DNA of 64,000 nucleotides from Candidatus Omnitrophota bacterium (GTDB lineage Bacteria > Omnitrophota > Gorgyraeia > Zapsychrales > Zapsychraceae): NCBI GenBank assembly GCA_029261065.1, contig JAJDCB010000030.1, positions 48,196 to 112,195 on the forward strand, written 5' to 3'. The notes beneath the pieces are model-generated. The model did no database searches and was not told the DNA's origin. It saw only the letters and a program-made list of their open reading frames with translations. Shown one piece after another: positions 28,463-37,955 of the stretch (positions are counted from its first letter, which is position 1; each line of letters opens with the position of its first letter). Both the position numbers and the translations under genes were made by a program.

Positions 28463-28895
28463 ATTTCTCATATCGTGGATTGAAAGGCAGCGGCCTCAAG
28501 GGAGTCTGCGTAATACGGTGACAGTCGTTTTTGATGGTCAGTCAGGGATGTGGGGTGGATCTTTGTCAAATCAGCAGATGAAAGTGATGTTTTCATCAGA
28601 TGGACAAACGGCAGACGATCTTATTAAACGTCTTGTTGAAGAGGCCGATCATAAGAAAAATATTATTGTGGTCACTGATGATCGTGCTATTCAATATGCT
28701 GTTCGGGCTTCAGGTGCTAAAGTGTTAGCCGTCAAAGAGTTCTTTGCAAAGACAACATCATTGAAATCCCAAAGTAGACAAAAGTCTTCTTCGATAGATC
28801 AATCTAAGCCCAAAAACATTTCAAAGACAGTAGAATCTGAAATAAACAGCGAACTGACAAAGATTTGGTTGAATAAAAAAAATAAGGGTAAATAG
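28377..28895 (+). CDS. NYN-domain ribonuclease, YacP/Rae1-like
   Basis: LLDGYNISHQ start motif, TVVFDG and SSDGQTADDLI acidic residues typical of the YacP NYN family. Confidence 0.6.
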   Translation: MSLQYLLDGYNISHQIEMPENLSLQEQREFLISWIERQRPQGSLRNTVTVVFDGQSGMWGGSLSNQQMKVMFSSDGQTADDLIKRLVEEADHKKNIIVVTDDRAIQYAVRASGAKVLAVKEFFAKTTSLKSQSRQKSSSIDQSKPKNISKTVESEINSELTKIWLNKKNKGK

Positions 28896-29035
28896 GATCC
28901 AGTCCGAGAATAGCTTACTTCAGAATTGTATGTTGTAAAAAAATAACTTACAATATAACATATGATAAAAAATTTATTCGTGGACAATCTCTTAGATTAA
29001 CAATTTTTTAACTTTGACTTATAATAGAAGCATTA

Positions 29036-29806
29036 ATGAACGTTATAATCAAGCCTTGTATAAATTTTATATTCAGTTTGGGGCGAGCCTTTTGTTTTTT
29101 AGGTGAAGTATTATGGTGTATTATCAGTGGACGGATTCGATTTGGAGAGTTACTTAAGCAAATTTATGAACAAGGTTTGCAATCTGTAGTTATTATTGCT
29201 TTAACTTCTTTGGCATCAGGCATCGTATTGGCCTTACAAGGTTATGTGATGATGGTTCGATTTGGGGCCAAGGAATATATTGCCCAATTGGTTGCTCTTT
29301 CTTTGGTTCGAGAGCTGAGTCCTGTTTTTACAGCCTTGATCTTCTCTGGAAAAGCGGGTGCTCGTATCGCAGCTGAACTGGGTACGATGAATGTTAACGA
29401 TCAGATGTTAGCAACACGGACGTTGGGCGTTGACCCAATCGAATTTCTTGTCGCCCCACGGATGTTAGCTTGTATTTTAGTTTTGCCTTTGTTAACGGTT
29501 TTTTCTGAAATTGTAGGTATTGCTGGCGGGTATTATATCGGAGTTCATGAAGCGAATATTCCAAGCAGTTTTTATATCAATCAAACGTTAAAATCGATTC
29601 GTTTTGTCGATTTTTTTAGCGGATTTGCTAAGATAATATTTTTCTCTGGTATTGTTGGTTGGGTATGCTGTTATCAAGGATACTCGACCAAAGGCGGGTC
29701 ATTGGGCGTTGGTAAGTATACAACAAATGCGGTTGCCTATTCGTATATTTTGGTCATTGTTTTTAATACTATTTTAACGAAGGTCATATTAACGTTGTGG
29801 GAATAG
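29036..29806 (+). CDS. mlaE: ABC transporter permease, MlaE family
   Basis: 256 aa with 5-6 TM helices and the conserved MlaE layout (...SLVRELSPVFTALIF...). Confidence 0.7.
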   Translation: MNVIIKPCINFIFSLGRAFCFLGEVLWCIISGRIRFGELLKQIYEQGLQSVVIIALTSLASGIVLALQGYVMMVRFGAKEYIAQLVALSLVRELSPVFTALIFSGKAGARIAAELGTMNVNDQMLATRTLGVDPIEFLVAPRMLACILVLPLLTVFSEIVGIAGGYYIGVHEANIPSSFYINQTLKSIRFVDFFSGFAKIIFFSGIVGWVCCYQGYSTKGGSLGVGKYTTNAVAYSYILVIVFNTILTKVILTLWE

Positions 29807-29848
29807 GGTGAAATCATTTTTTTATAATTTGCCTAGGAGACAAAGACA

Positions 29849-30184
29849 TTGCGAAAAATAATTTTAATGAGTCTTTTACTTGTTGTTGTGGTATTCCATA
29901 GCGGCTGTACGAGAAGGTCGGGTAATATCGGAAACCTTCAAAGTTATGGGTTTCAAGCAGCAGAAGCCGATTGGATTCGAAATGGAGAGCCGATTGAATT
30001 TGAAGAGGGGTATTGGTATCCTGCGGATGATATTGAGGTGTTAATTGATGCTGAGGTGTATGTTGTTGGTGAATTCCGAGGGGTGCAGATATTTGTTGAT
30101 AAATTAGATGTGCGTCCTTATCGACGACTATACACAAAGTTTGGAAGAAATAAGTTCCGATTTTATGAGAAGATGCGTGAATGA
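29849..30184 (+). CDS. small lipoprotein inserted between mlaE and mlaF
   Basis: Signal peptide + lipobox FHSGC-TRR. 111 aa. Overlaps the mlaF start (ATGA). Confidence 0.4.
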   Translation: MRKIILMSLLLVVVVFHSGCTRRSGNIGNLQSYGFQAAEADWIRNGEPIEFEEGYWYPADDIEVLIDAEVYVVGEFRGVQIFVDKLDVRPYRRLYTKFGRNKFRFYEKMRE

Positions 30185-30897
30185 TAAATGTCGAGAATAT
30201 TAAAAAGTCGTTTAGTGGTCAGGTCATTCTTGATGAGATTAATTTAAAGATTCCATCGGGTGAAATATTAGCTATTTTAGGAGAAAGTGGTACCGGAAAA
30301 AGTGTTTTGCTTAAGACGATTATGGGTTTACTCAAACCTGATGGCGGAAAAGTTGAGATAGATGGTGTTAATATGACGAAATTACCGGAGAGAAAGAAGT
30401 TAGATCTTCGTAAGAAAATCGGGTATTTATTTCAAGAAGGCGCTCTTTACGATTTTATGAATGTTTTTGAGAACATCGCTTTTCCTTTAAAGGAACATAC
30501 GAAGTTATCCCGTGGGGACATTAAAGAAAAAGTTCTTAACGTTTTAAAGGTTGTTGATCTAGAGGGAGTGGAGGCGAAGTACCCAACAGAATTAAGTGGT
30601 GGTATGAAAAAACGGGTAGGGTTAGCACGTTCCATTATTCTTGATTGTAAAGTTTTATTATGTGACGAACCAACCTCAGGGTTGGATCCTATTCGAAGCC
30701 GTGATATTTCGGATTTGATTAGAGATGTATCAAAGAAAATAAACTGTACAACGGTTATAACATCTCACGATATAGAAAACGCCTTTCGCGTTTCCGACCG
30801 TTTAGCGCTTCTACGTGAGGGTAAATTTGTTGCCATCGGAACACAACAAGATTTAGAAAGCAGTGAAGATCTTTTTGTAAAAGATTTTATTCGTTAA
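30181..30897 (+). CDS. mlaF: ABC transporter ATP-binding protein, MlaF family
   Basis: Walker A GESGTGKS, signature LSGGMKKR, Walker B LLCDEP. Confidence 0.8.
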   Translation: MINVENIKKSFSGQVILDEINLKIPSGEILAILGESGTGKSVLLKTIMGLLKPDGGKVEIDGVNMTKLPERKKLDLRKKIGYLFQEGALYDFMNVFENIAFPLKEHTKLSRGDIKEKVLNVLKVVDLEGVEAKYPTELSGGMKKRVGLARSIILDCKVLLCDEPTSGLDPIRSRDISDLIRDVSKKINCTTVITSHDIENAFRVSDRLALLREGKFVAIGTQQDLESSEDLFVKDFIR

Positions 30898-30917
30898 CCG
30901 TATGAGGTTGGGAAATT

Positions 30918-31589
30918 ATGGAACAGAGAGAGCTAAAAAGATATTTTTTTGCAGGTCTATTTGTCATGGTTGGTGTTTTTCTTTTGTTTCAAGTCATCTA
31001 TATTCTGGGTAAGGATAAAGGATTAACTCAACCTAAATTTCAGATCATCGTACATTATTTAGATGTTAATGGTCTACAAAAAGGCGCTCCTATTCGGATT
31101 GCTGGGGTTAATGTGGGAAATGTTGCAAGTGTAGGTTTTTTGGAACAAGAAGTTGATGGTCGGCGTGTGGAGGTTGTTTTAAACATTTTTAATAAATATA
31201 GAAAACAACTGCAGAAGCCTTCCAACTTTGTTATTCAATCGGAAGGAATTTTAGGAGAAAAGTTAATCGAAATAACAGAGTCCAGTGAAGGGCCCCCCTT
31301 AGATTTAACACAACCTATAAAAGGCGCTGATTCTATTAGTGTTGACGATTTAGCTGCAGTCTTTGCACAAGCGGCCCAAGCTTTTACAAAGGCCTCGGAA
31401 GATTTAAGTACCATTGATTATAAACACATCTCAGAAATCGTGGCTGAAGGTGGCGAGTCATTAACAGCAACGTCCAGAGGAATTAATGAAGTTTTGATAG
31501 AAATGAAATATGTTACTAAAAAAACAAAACGGCTTATCAATCGTGTCGAGGGTAAATTAATCGATGACGATCTATTTAAGGTTTTTTAA
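30918..31589 (+). CDS. mlaD: MCE-domain substrate-binding protein, MlaD family
   Basis: N-terminal TM anchor then an MCE domain (GAPIRIAGVNVGNVASV). Confidence 0.7.
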   Translation: MEQRELKRYFFAGLFVMVGVFLLFQVIYILGKDKGLTQPKFQIIVHYLDVNGLQKGAPIRIAGVNVGNVASVGFLEQEVDGRRVEVVLNIFNKYRKQLQKPSNFVIQSEGILGEKLIEITESSEGPPLDLTQPIKGADSISVDDLAAVFAQAAQAFTKASEDLSTIDYKHISEIVAEGGESLTATSRGINEVLIEMKYVTKKTKRLINRVEGKLIDDDLFKVF

Positions 31590-31609
31590 ATTAGTTAAAG
31601 GATGCCAAT

Positions 31610-32683
31610 ATGTCTGAAATTATTATTTTTGGAATAACAATGCCCGCCTGGATTGTTGTGCCTGTCGCTTTCTTTTTATGGATTACGATATTTACAATCA
31701 TTAAGAGGCTTGTATTTAAAGCTGTCCGTAAATTAACAGAAAAGACAAAGACAAAGGCCGATGATATTTTTATAAAGGCTGCTGATTTCCCTCTTAATTT
31801 ATTAATTTTTACAAGTGGTGGTGCAATTGTTGAAAGAATGCTGCCTCTGGCTACAAATGTCGAATTAACCCAATATTTTCTCATCGCCTTTAAAGCAACA
31901 ACGATTATCGCTGTTGTTGTGTTTGTGGAAAGATTTATTAATGGTCTTATCTTAGAGTATTCAAGTAAAGTTCCTGTCTTGCGGACATCAGGGGGGATAG
32001 CTAAAGGGCTTGTGCGTGTTATTGTTATTGGTTTGGGTATGCTTATTTTGTTGGATAGTTTTGGTGTTTCTATCACACCGATTATTGCTTCTTTAGGAAT
32101 TGGATCGTTGGCAGTAGCGCTAGCTCTTCAGCCGACATTGGAGAACTTTTTCTCTGGGATTCAATTGATTATCGATAAACCGATTCAAGTAGGACATTTT
32201 GTAAAGTTGGAAACAGGAGAAGAAGGTTACGTTCATAAGATTGGTTGGCGATCGACGTGGGTAAGGTTTTTGGGCAATAACATGGTTATTATGCCTAATA
32301 GTTCTTTAGTGAATTCAAGGATCGTTAATTATTATTATCCAGAGAGAGAGCTTGCTGTATTAGTGCAGGTTGGTGTTCATTATGGCTCGGATTTAGAACA
32401 TGTTGAAAAGGTAACATGTGAGGTGGGTAAAGAGGTTCTTACTAAACTTGATGGGGGTGTTGATGAGTTTGATCCGTTTATTCGTTATCATACTTTTGAT
32501 AACTCAAGCATAAATTTCTCTGTTATATTGCGTGCGAAAGAATTTGTAGATAACTATCTCATTAAGCATGAGTTTATTAAACTGTTACATAAAAGGTTTA
32601 ATGAAGAAGGGATTACCATTCCGTATCCCATTCGTGCGATTAATTACGATCAGGAAAAATCTTTTTCTACTGAAGAATCATAA
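31610..32683 (+). CDS. mechanosensitive ion channel, MscS family
   Basis: TM helices followed by the conserved MscS beta-domain (PIQVGHFVKLETGEEGYVHKIGWRSTWVR). Confidence 0.75.
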   Translation: MSEIIIFGITMPAWIVVPVAFFLWITIFTIIKRLVFKAVRKLTEKTKTKADDIFIKAADFPLNLLIFTSGGAIVERMLPLATNVELTQYFLIAFKATTIIAVVVFVERFINGLILEYSSKVPVLRTSGGIAKGLVRVIVIGLGMLILLDSFGVSITPIIASLGIGSLAVALALQPTLENFFSGIQLIIDKPIQVGHFVKLETGEEGYVHKIGWRSTWVRFLGNNMVIMPNSSLVNSRIVNYYYPERELAVLVQVGVHYGSDLEHVEKVTCEVGKEVLTKLDGGVDEFDPFIRYHTFDNSSINFSVILRAKEFVDNYLIKHEFIKLLHKRFNEEGITIPYPIRAINYDQEKSFSTEES

Positions 32684-32702
32684 TTAAAGAAAGGAATAGT
32701 AA

Positions 32703-32999
32703 ATGTTTGTCCTAGGAAATTTTATTCAAGCCCTTGCTTATGTGTTAAATACCCTTATTACGCTTTATTATTACATCCTTATTATTCGTGTTTTACTCAG
32801 TTGGGTCAATCCGGATCCTTATAATCCTATTGTACAGATGTTGTATAAAGCGGCTGATCCGTATCTTAATTTATTCAGACGTTTTATTCCTCCATTGGGA
32901 AGGGTGGATATCTCTGCTATTATAGGTATTCTGGCGTTGGTTTTTGTTCAGCAATTTTTGATACAATCCTTGTATCAAATCGCTGCTATGTTTCAATAA
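32703..32999 (+). CDS. YggT family membrane protein
   Basis: 98 aa with two TM helices and IRVLLSWV...DPYNPI typical of YggT/Ycf19. Confidence 0.6.
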   Translation: MFVLGNFIQALAYVLNTLITLYYYILIIRVLLSWVNPDPYNPIVQMLYKAADPYLNLFRRFIPPLGRVDISAIIGILALVFVQQFLIQSLYQIAAMFQ

Positions 33000-33079
33000 A
33001 TTTGTGCTTGAAAATTTTTAAGTTTGCGTATATGATTGACGCAAATTAATTATCGTTTTTTAAAGATTGGAGATTTGAA

Positions 33080-33370
33080 ATGTTAGACAAAATGAAACAA
33101 CTAATGGATATGAAGAAACAAGCGGACAAAATTAAGCGCGAACTTGATGGCGTTAGTGTGGACGTTGAAGAAGTCCGAGGAATAAAGATTACAATTAATG
33201 GTTCCCAAGTTTTTCAGGCCGTTGAGATTGAAGAAGGTTTGGTTGAATCAATTGATAAAAAGAAGTTAGAATCTCATTTATTAAGAAGTATGAATGCTGC
33301 TGTTAAGAAATCACAAAATATGGCAGCGATGAAGATGAGAGATGTTATGCCGGGATTTCCTGGTATGTAA
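33080..33370 (+). CDS. ybaB: YbaB/EbfC nucleoid-associated protein
   Basis: MLDKMKQLMDMKKQADKIKREL... layout matches YbaB (helix then beta-hairpin dimer). About 96 aa. Confidence 0.65.
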   Translation: MLDKMKQLMDMKKQADKIKRELDGVSVDVEEVRGIKITINGSQVFQAVEIEEGLVESIDKKKLESHLLRSMNAAVKKSQNMAAMKMRDVMPGFPGM

Positions 33371-33462
33371 GAGATTGTCCAATTGCGGATAATCTTATAA
33401 GTGGATTTATTCCTTCAGGTTGTAGGAATGACAATATTAACTGGTTTTAAGGAGGATAAGAA

Positions 33463-33699
33463 ATGCCTTACGATAAATCGCTAGATGTAGAATCATTTAA
33501 AGAAACAAAAGAATTTGAGGGCTCACGAATTTCTGTTGGAGTTTTTTCATATAATGGGGGAGAGATGAAAATTCAGATTTCGCGTGAAAATCAAAATGCT
33601 AATGAAGAGTGGCGCTTTGCCAAATTAGGTCGTTTAACTAAAGATGAGGCAAAAGAAGTTGTTCCTATTATGATGAAGGCTGTAGAAAGTATAGGATAA
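33463..33699 (+). CDS. hypothetical protein (possible PC4/YdbC-like ssDNA-binding fold)
   Basis: 78 aa. Weak resemblance (ISRENQNANEEWRFAKLGRLTKDE) to bacterial PC4-like proteins. Speculative. Confidence 0.25.
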   Translation: MPYDKSLDVESFKETKEFEGSRISVGVFSYNGGEMKIQISRENQNANEEWRFAKLGRLTKDEAKEVVPIMMKAVESIG

Positions 33700-33744
33700 G
33701 TTTTAAGTAAAGTATTAAAGATTTAATTTTAAGGAGTTTGTATT

Positions 33745-34224
33745 ATGTCTGATGATGTTGTTTATCTTACAAGAGCGGGTTACAATAAGTTATTTGCAGA
33801 ACTTGAAGCTTTAAAATCGGAAAGAATTAAAATCTCTGCAGCTATTGAAGACGCTCGTCTACAGGGTGATCTAAAAGAGAATGCTGAATATGCTGCAGCA
33901 AAAGAAGCTCAAGGTTACAATGTCGCGCGCGGCACAGATATTGAATCCAAATTAGCCAAAGTTCGAATCATTGAAGATGAAGATATTCCTGGAGATAAAA
34001 TTTATATCGGAGCCATCGTTACGTTGATGGATTTGGATATGGATGAAGAGTTTACTTATATGTTAGTCTCACCTGAGGAGGCTGATTATGATGAAAACAA
34101 AATATCGATTATCTCCCCCATCGGAAAAGCCTTAATGGGCCACGCCGAAGACGAAGAACTCGCCATAGATGTTCCAGCCGGAACACTTAATTATAAAGTT
34201 TTAAAAATAGAGCGTCCTAAATAA
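33745..34224 (+). CDS. greA: transcription elongation factor GreA
   Basis: N-terminal coiled-coil with acidic tip (AIEDARLQGDLKENAEYAAAKE) and a C-terminal FKBP-like domain. Confidence 0.85.
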   Translation: MSDDVVYLTRAGYNKLFAELEALKSERIKISAAIEDARLQGDLKENAEYAAAKEAQGYNVARGTDIESKLAKVRIIEDEDIPGDKIYIGAIVTLMDLDMDEEFTYMLVSPEEADYDENKISIISPIGKALMGHAEDEELAIDVPAGTLNYKVLKIERPK

Positions 34225-34233
34225 ATCATTTTT

Positions 34234-34260
34234 CCTTCCTCGCCTTATAAGCGAGGAAGG
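34234..34260. terminator. convergent-gene hairpin (ccttcctcgc-cttataa-gcgaggaagg) between greA and the minus-strand membrane gene
   Basis: Perfect 10-bp stem. A T-run precedes it on + and an A-run follows it. Plausible bidirectional terminator. Confidence 0.5.
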
Positions 34261-34261
34261 A

Positions 34262-35701
34262 TTAAGATACCGTCTTTTTTCCTACCGAAATTTTCTGTGA
34301 CTCCCACAAAGAATAATATACCCAAAATAATATTGTTGGTAAGACAGCAAAAAGAATCCTGTGTAAGGTGTTTTGTAGCCACCAACCAATTTCAAAGTAA
34401 GTATTTAAAAAATAATAAAATGTGACAATCCCTGTATAACACAAAAGAAAGATAGGGATAATGATTATTTTAGAAGACAAACATTTTAATCGACTCATAA
34501 TAAGTCCAATAAAGACAATCACCCATAACCCATTCCATTTTGGTTCCAAATAAGTAAACTCTCCCATGGTTTTTCCTACCATTTTATAAAAAGCGTTCCA
34601 TAAGGGGGCGCACATCTCAAAGAAATAAAATCCGAAGACTGTTTTAATGCGGTTTAGGGTAATTGGTTTTGTTGGAGATGTAAGGCCATTAACGAAGGTT
34701 TGATTGTTAGGCGAGTAAAAGATTTCAAAAATAATGGTAGGTAAAAAAGCAAAAAAGGCCCCTAAAAAGAAGGGAATAAGTAATCTTTTTTTGTTAGCCT
34801 CTTTGTTTTTCCAGAAGAAAAAGACTGGAGTTAGAAATAATATGACAAGGGATGCAAGATAACCTTCGCTTTTTGAGAAACTTAATAAACCAAGAAAAAT
34901 ACCACCGAGTAGGGCAAAGCTTTTGTTATTTTCGGTTTTAGCCATAATTAAAGAAAAGAAACTCGCTAATAAATAAAATCCGACAATGTTGTCACTATAT
35001 TGACTGTAAGACAATTTATTTAAAAGGGGCAAGCTCAAAAAAATAAAGGCAATCAAGATAGCATAAACAGATTGTGTGAGGTGTTTTAGGCTGTAATACA
35101 AGAGGCCTAAGCCTAAAATGGTATAAGCGTAAGAAGAGAAGACGGGAACTTTATAGATGGCTTCACTCTGGAACACCCAACCCCAAACATTGACGAGGGG
35201 AAAGAGGAGTGGGTAGTGAGGGCTTGATCGCCATAGAATAGGATCAAACATGTTTTTCCAATTTTCTGCTCCTAAGAAAATAAATTTAGCCTTTAAATTC
35301 CAAACCTGCCACGCATCCCAACCCCCATAAGCGTAAAAATGGGCTTGATACCAAAGTGGAACAGAGGCTCCTATAATGAGTATTAATGGGATAACATTAA
35401 AGGCATCTTTGGGCTGAAACGTTATTAATGGAAGATTATTTTTTTTAATAAGGAATAAAAGGAGAATAGATAGAGCTAGAAAAACAATTCCATGAATAAT
35501 AAGAAGGGCTGTTGGTTGAAAACGATTGAGAAAGATTAACGAAAAGAAATTAATATAAGCACTGAGTCCTAATCCAAGGCCACCGGCAAGCATCAATTTA
35601 AGCATTCGTTCTAGAGAGTGCTTAAGAAATAGGATATGAATAAAAAGATAGCCTATTAGAAGAGAGATAACAAAGGGAAGATAGATAAGTAGTGTTTTCA
35701 T
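34262..35701 (-). CDS. GT-C-fold-like polytopic membrane protein (ArnT/PMT/YkcB-like putative glycosyltransferase), paralog A
   Basis: About 12 TM helices. Acidic first-loop motif YGGWDAW and HYPLLFPLVNVW shared with its paralog at 36120-37487. Confidence 0.45.
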   Translation of the reverse strand: MKTLLIYLPFVISLLIGYLFIHILFLKHSLERMLKLMLAGGLGLGLSAYINFFSLIFLNRFQPTALLIIHGIVFLALSILLLFLIKKNNLPLITFQPKDAFNVIPLILIIGASVPLWYQAHFYAYGGWDAWQVWNLKAKFIFLGAENWKNMFDPILWRSSPHYPLLFPLVNVWGWVFQSEAIYKVPVFSSYAYTILGLGLLYYSLKHLTQSVYAILIAFIFLSLPLLNKLSYSQYSDNIVGFYLLASFFSLIMAKTENNKSFALLGGIFLGLLSFSKSEGYLASLVILFLTPVFFFWKNKEANKKRLLIPFFLGAFFAFLPTIIFEIFYSPNNQTFVNGLTSPTKPITLNRIKTVFGFYFFEMCAPLWNAFYKMVGKTMGEFTYLEPKWNGLWVIVFIGLIMSRLKCLSSKIIIIPIFLLCYTGIVTFYYFLNTYFEIGWWLQNTLHRILFAVLPTILFWVYYSLWESQKISVGKKTVS

Positions 35702-36123
35702 TGTCTTTGAGCGATGACGATTCCAAATTGATTGCGGCCAAGTGCTATTGCTTTAATTTTGTTCATCTCTAAATGGGCAACCCCATCGGATGAGCAGGCA
35801 AAAATGATATATTTATGATTTAAGTTGTTAAAATCTAACACAATGGGAGCTAAGGCGAATTGTGCGTGTGCAAAAAGTTTTGCGTTCTTTGGATCATCCA
35901 TGTCTTTGTCTGTGTAATATCCCATATATTCGACATCTTTTAAAAATGCCTCAATCCCTGCAAATTGATAACCCACCACATTAAAATCCAGAATTTTTTT
36001 ATAATTGTAAATGCGGCGAATTTCCTCTTTGAGTACGACGCTATTTGTTATCGTTAAGACGATAAGTGCTAAACAAAATAAAAATTGAGGGACAGTTCTA
36101 GGTTTTACGCGTGAGAAATTCAT
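35698..36123 (-). CDS. small membrane-anchored partner protein, paralog A
   Basis: 141 aa, N-terminal TM. The motif AQFALAPIVLD is shared with the 142-aa paralog (AQYFLAPTILE). 4-bp overlaps on both sides. Confidence 0.4.
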   Translation of the reverse strand: MNFSRVKPRTVPQFLFCLALIVLTITNSVVLKEEIRRIYNYKKILDFNVVGYQFAGIEAFLKDVEYMGYYTDKDMDDPKNAKLFAHAQFALAPIVLDFNNLNHKYIIFACSSDGVAHLEMNKIKAIALGRNQFGIVIAQRQ

Positions 36124-37487
36124 GTGTTTTCTATTTTTTTATTTTGGGGCCAATATACATAAAAAACATGAAATAGGATGGCCGGTAACAGATAAAAATA
36201 AATTCTAGGCAAAGAATAAGGGATCCACCAGTTAAGTCGGGTCTGTGTGCTGACTAAATATATAAAGATTATGATGATGAAGTAGCTCAAGAAAAAAAGA
36301 GTAACCCATAAGGTTTCTTTTTTTAAAAATTTAAATAATTTGGTAATCACCATGATAAGGATTAACATCCATATGTAACACCATTTTTTGTGAATAATTT
36401 CTTTACCTAAATAATCAAAAATAACGGCTAGACGATTGACGTTGATCATTTGTAATCCGGTTTGAGAGATGTTTGGTAAGATATCGCTATTAGGAGGTGC
36501 TAGAAATAACTTAAAGATAATGGTTGGTAAACAGGCTATAAGAAGTGTTATCAGAAAAAGCACATAGCAGGGCAGGTTGCTTTTTTGTTTGTTGCGTTGT
36601 TGCCAGAGTCGAATGAGAAAGATAACGGATAGTAATGCAGCAAAAACAATGCCTTCATTTTTTGCAAAGGTTAAGAATCCTAAATTTAAACCAGCTAGAA
36701 TAGAGATAGCAGGGTTTGACTCTTTATCGAGGAGATAAAAACAAATAAGGCTTATCAAGACAAACAAAGCAATAAGGATATCCGCATATTGTTGTGTGGC
36801 GCTAAATGCAAAATAAGGATGAAAGCCTAAGATAAGGGTCGCAAGTAGAGCATAGCCTTTTTTGATAAACAATGATAATCCTGTGTACATAAACATCGCA
36901 CAAGAGACGGTCAGCAGTATGCACGTGATAAACGGGACATAAAGCATGTGGGTATGAGAGAAGCTATTAAGCCATACATTGATAAGCGGCAATAACAAGG
37001 GATAGTCGGGGTGTGTGTGCCAAGAAAGGTTTGTTAGAATGTCGTCTAAGGGTGCACTACTTAGAAGTAAAAATTTCATTTTCATATTCCACATCGCCCA
37101 AGCATCCCATTCTCCATGAGGGTGGACGGATGCCACATAGTAATAAAGAGCAATAAGAAGTGTGAAGGCACAAATGACACTATAAGAAAAGAAAGAAAGT
37201 TTGTGTATGCGAAAGGGGTTGAGTAAGGTTCTGATGTTTTTGTTTGTTTTTAAGTTAAGTAGGATGACGCCTAAGAGGCTTAGAAGATTAAGACCTACAA
37301 TCAGCCAAGCATAAAATTTGTTAAAGAGAAGAAAGACAAAGAATGTCAGATAAGCCGAGAGACATAGGCCTGTGATGATAGATAAGCTTAAGTGTAGGAG
37401 GCTTTGATAGTATCGGGTTTCTTTGAAAATAAGCGAAAGGCTAAAGTACCCGAGGAGAAAAGAAATTAAGTGTGCGATGATAAACAT
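36120..37487 (-). CDS. GT-C-fold-like polytopic membrane protein, paralog B
   Basis: HGEWDAWAMWNMKMKF and HPDYPLLLPLINVW are collinear with the 479-aa paralog. Confidence 0.45.
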   Translation of the reverse strand: MFIIAHLISFLLGYFSLSLIFKETRYYQSLLHLSLSIITGLCLSAYLTFFVFLLFNKFYAWLIVGLNLLSLLGVILLNLKTNKNIRTLLNPFRIHKLSFFSYSVICAFTLLIALYYYVASVHPHGEWDAWAMWNMKMKFLLLSSAPLDDILTNLSWHTHPDYPLLLPLINVWLNSFSHTHMLYVPFITCILLTVSCAMFMYTGLSLFIKKGYALLATLILGFHPYFAFSATQQYADILIALFVLISLICFYLLDKESNPAISILAGLNLGFLTFAKNEGIVFAALLSVIFLIRLWQQRNKQKSNLPCYVLFLITLLIACLPTIIFKLFLAPPNSDILPNISQTGLQMINVNRLAVIFDYLGKEIIHKKWCYIWMLILIMVITKLFKFLKKETLWVTLFFLSYFIIIIFIYLVSTQTRLNWWIPYSLPRIYFYLLPAILFHVFYVYWPQNKKIENT

Positions 37488-37489
37488 TG

Positions 37490-37918
37490 TTATTTTCGTC
37501 TTAAGAGTAAAGCTTGTCCATATTCGTTGTTGGTTGTGCGCATGGCATTGAGCGTTTTAATTGTTTTAACAATATAAGGTGGATCCTCAGAGTCAATGAT
37601 ACTAAAGAGATGCGAGTCATCTTGCAACTCAAGAATAGTTGGCGCTAAAAAATATTGGGCCTGAAGAAGGATGCCGTCATTATCTTCTCGTGTAATAGCT
37701 TTGCTGGTTAGATAGCCGGCCCTTTTTTCGTTTTTAAGAAAAGGTTTAAATGTTTCAAATTGTGTGCCTGGTTCAAGATAAACGGGTAGGTTTAAATTTT
37801 CATGGTATTTCTTAATGCAATAGACGCCTGCATGAAAAATATTGTAAATGATTAAACACAGGCAAAGAGAGGCGATTGCTCCATTGAGGGAGAAGAGATA
37901 TTTGAGGGCCTGACGCAT
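37490..37918 (-). CDS. small membrane-anchored partner protein, paralog B
   Basis: 142 aa, homologous to 35698-36123. Confidence 0.4.
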   Translation of the reverse strand: MRQALKYLFSLNGAIASLCLCLIIYNIFHAGVYCIKKYHENLNLPVYLEPGTQFETFKPFLKNEKRAGYLTSKAITREDNDGILLQAQYFLAPTILELQDDSHLFSIIDSEDPPYIVKTIKTLNAMRTTNNEYGQALLLRRK

Positions 37919-37955
37919 GGACTTATTTTACAATTGTTAAGGAATTGTGTGGTAA

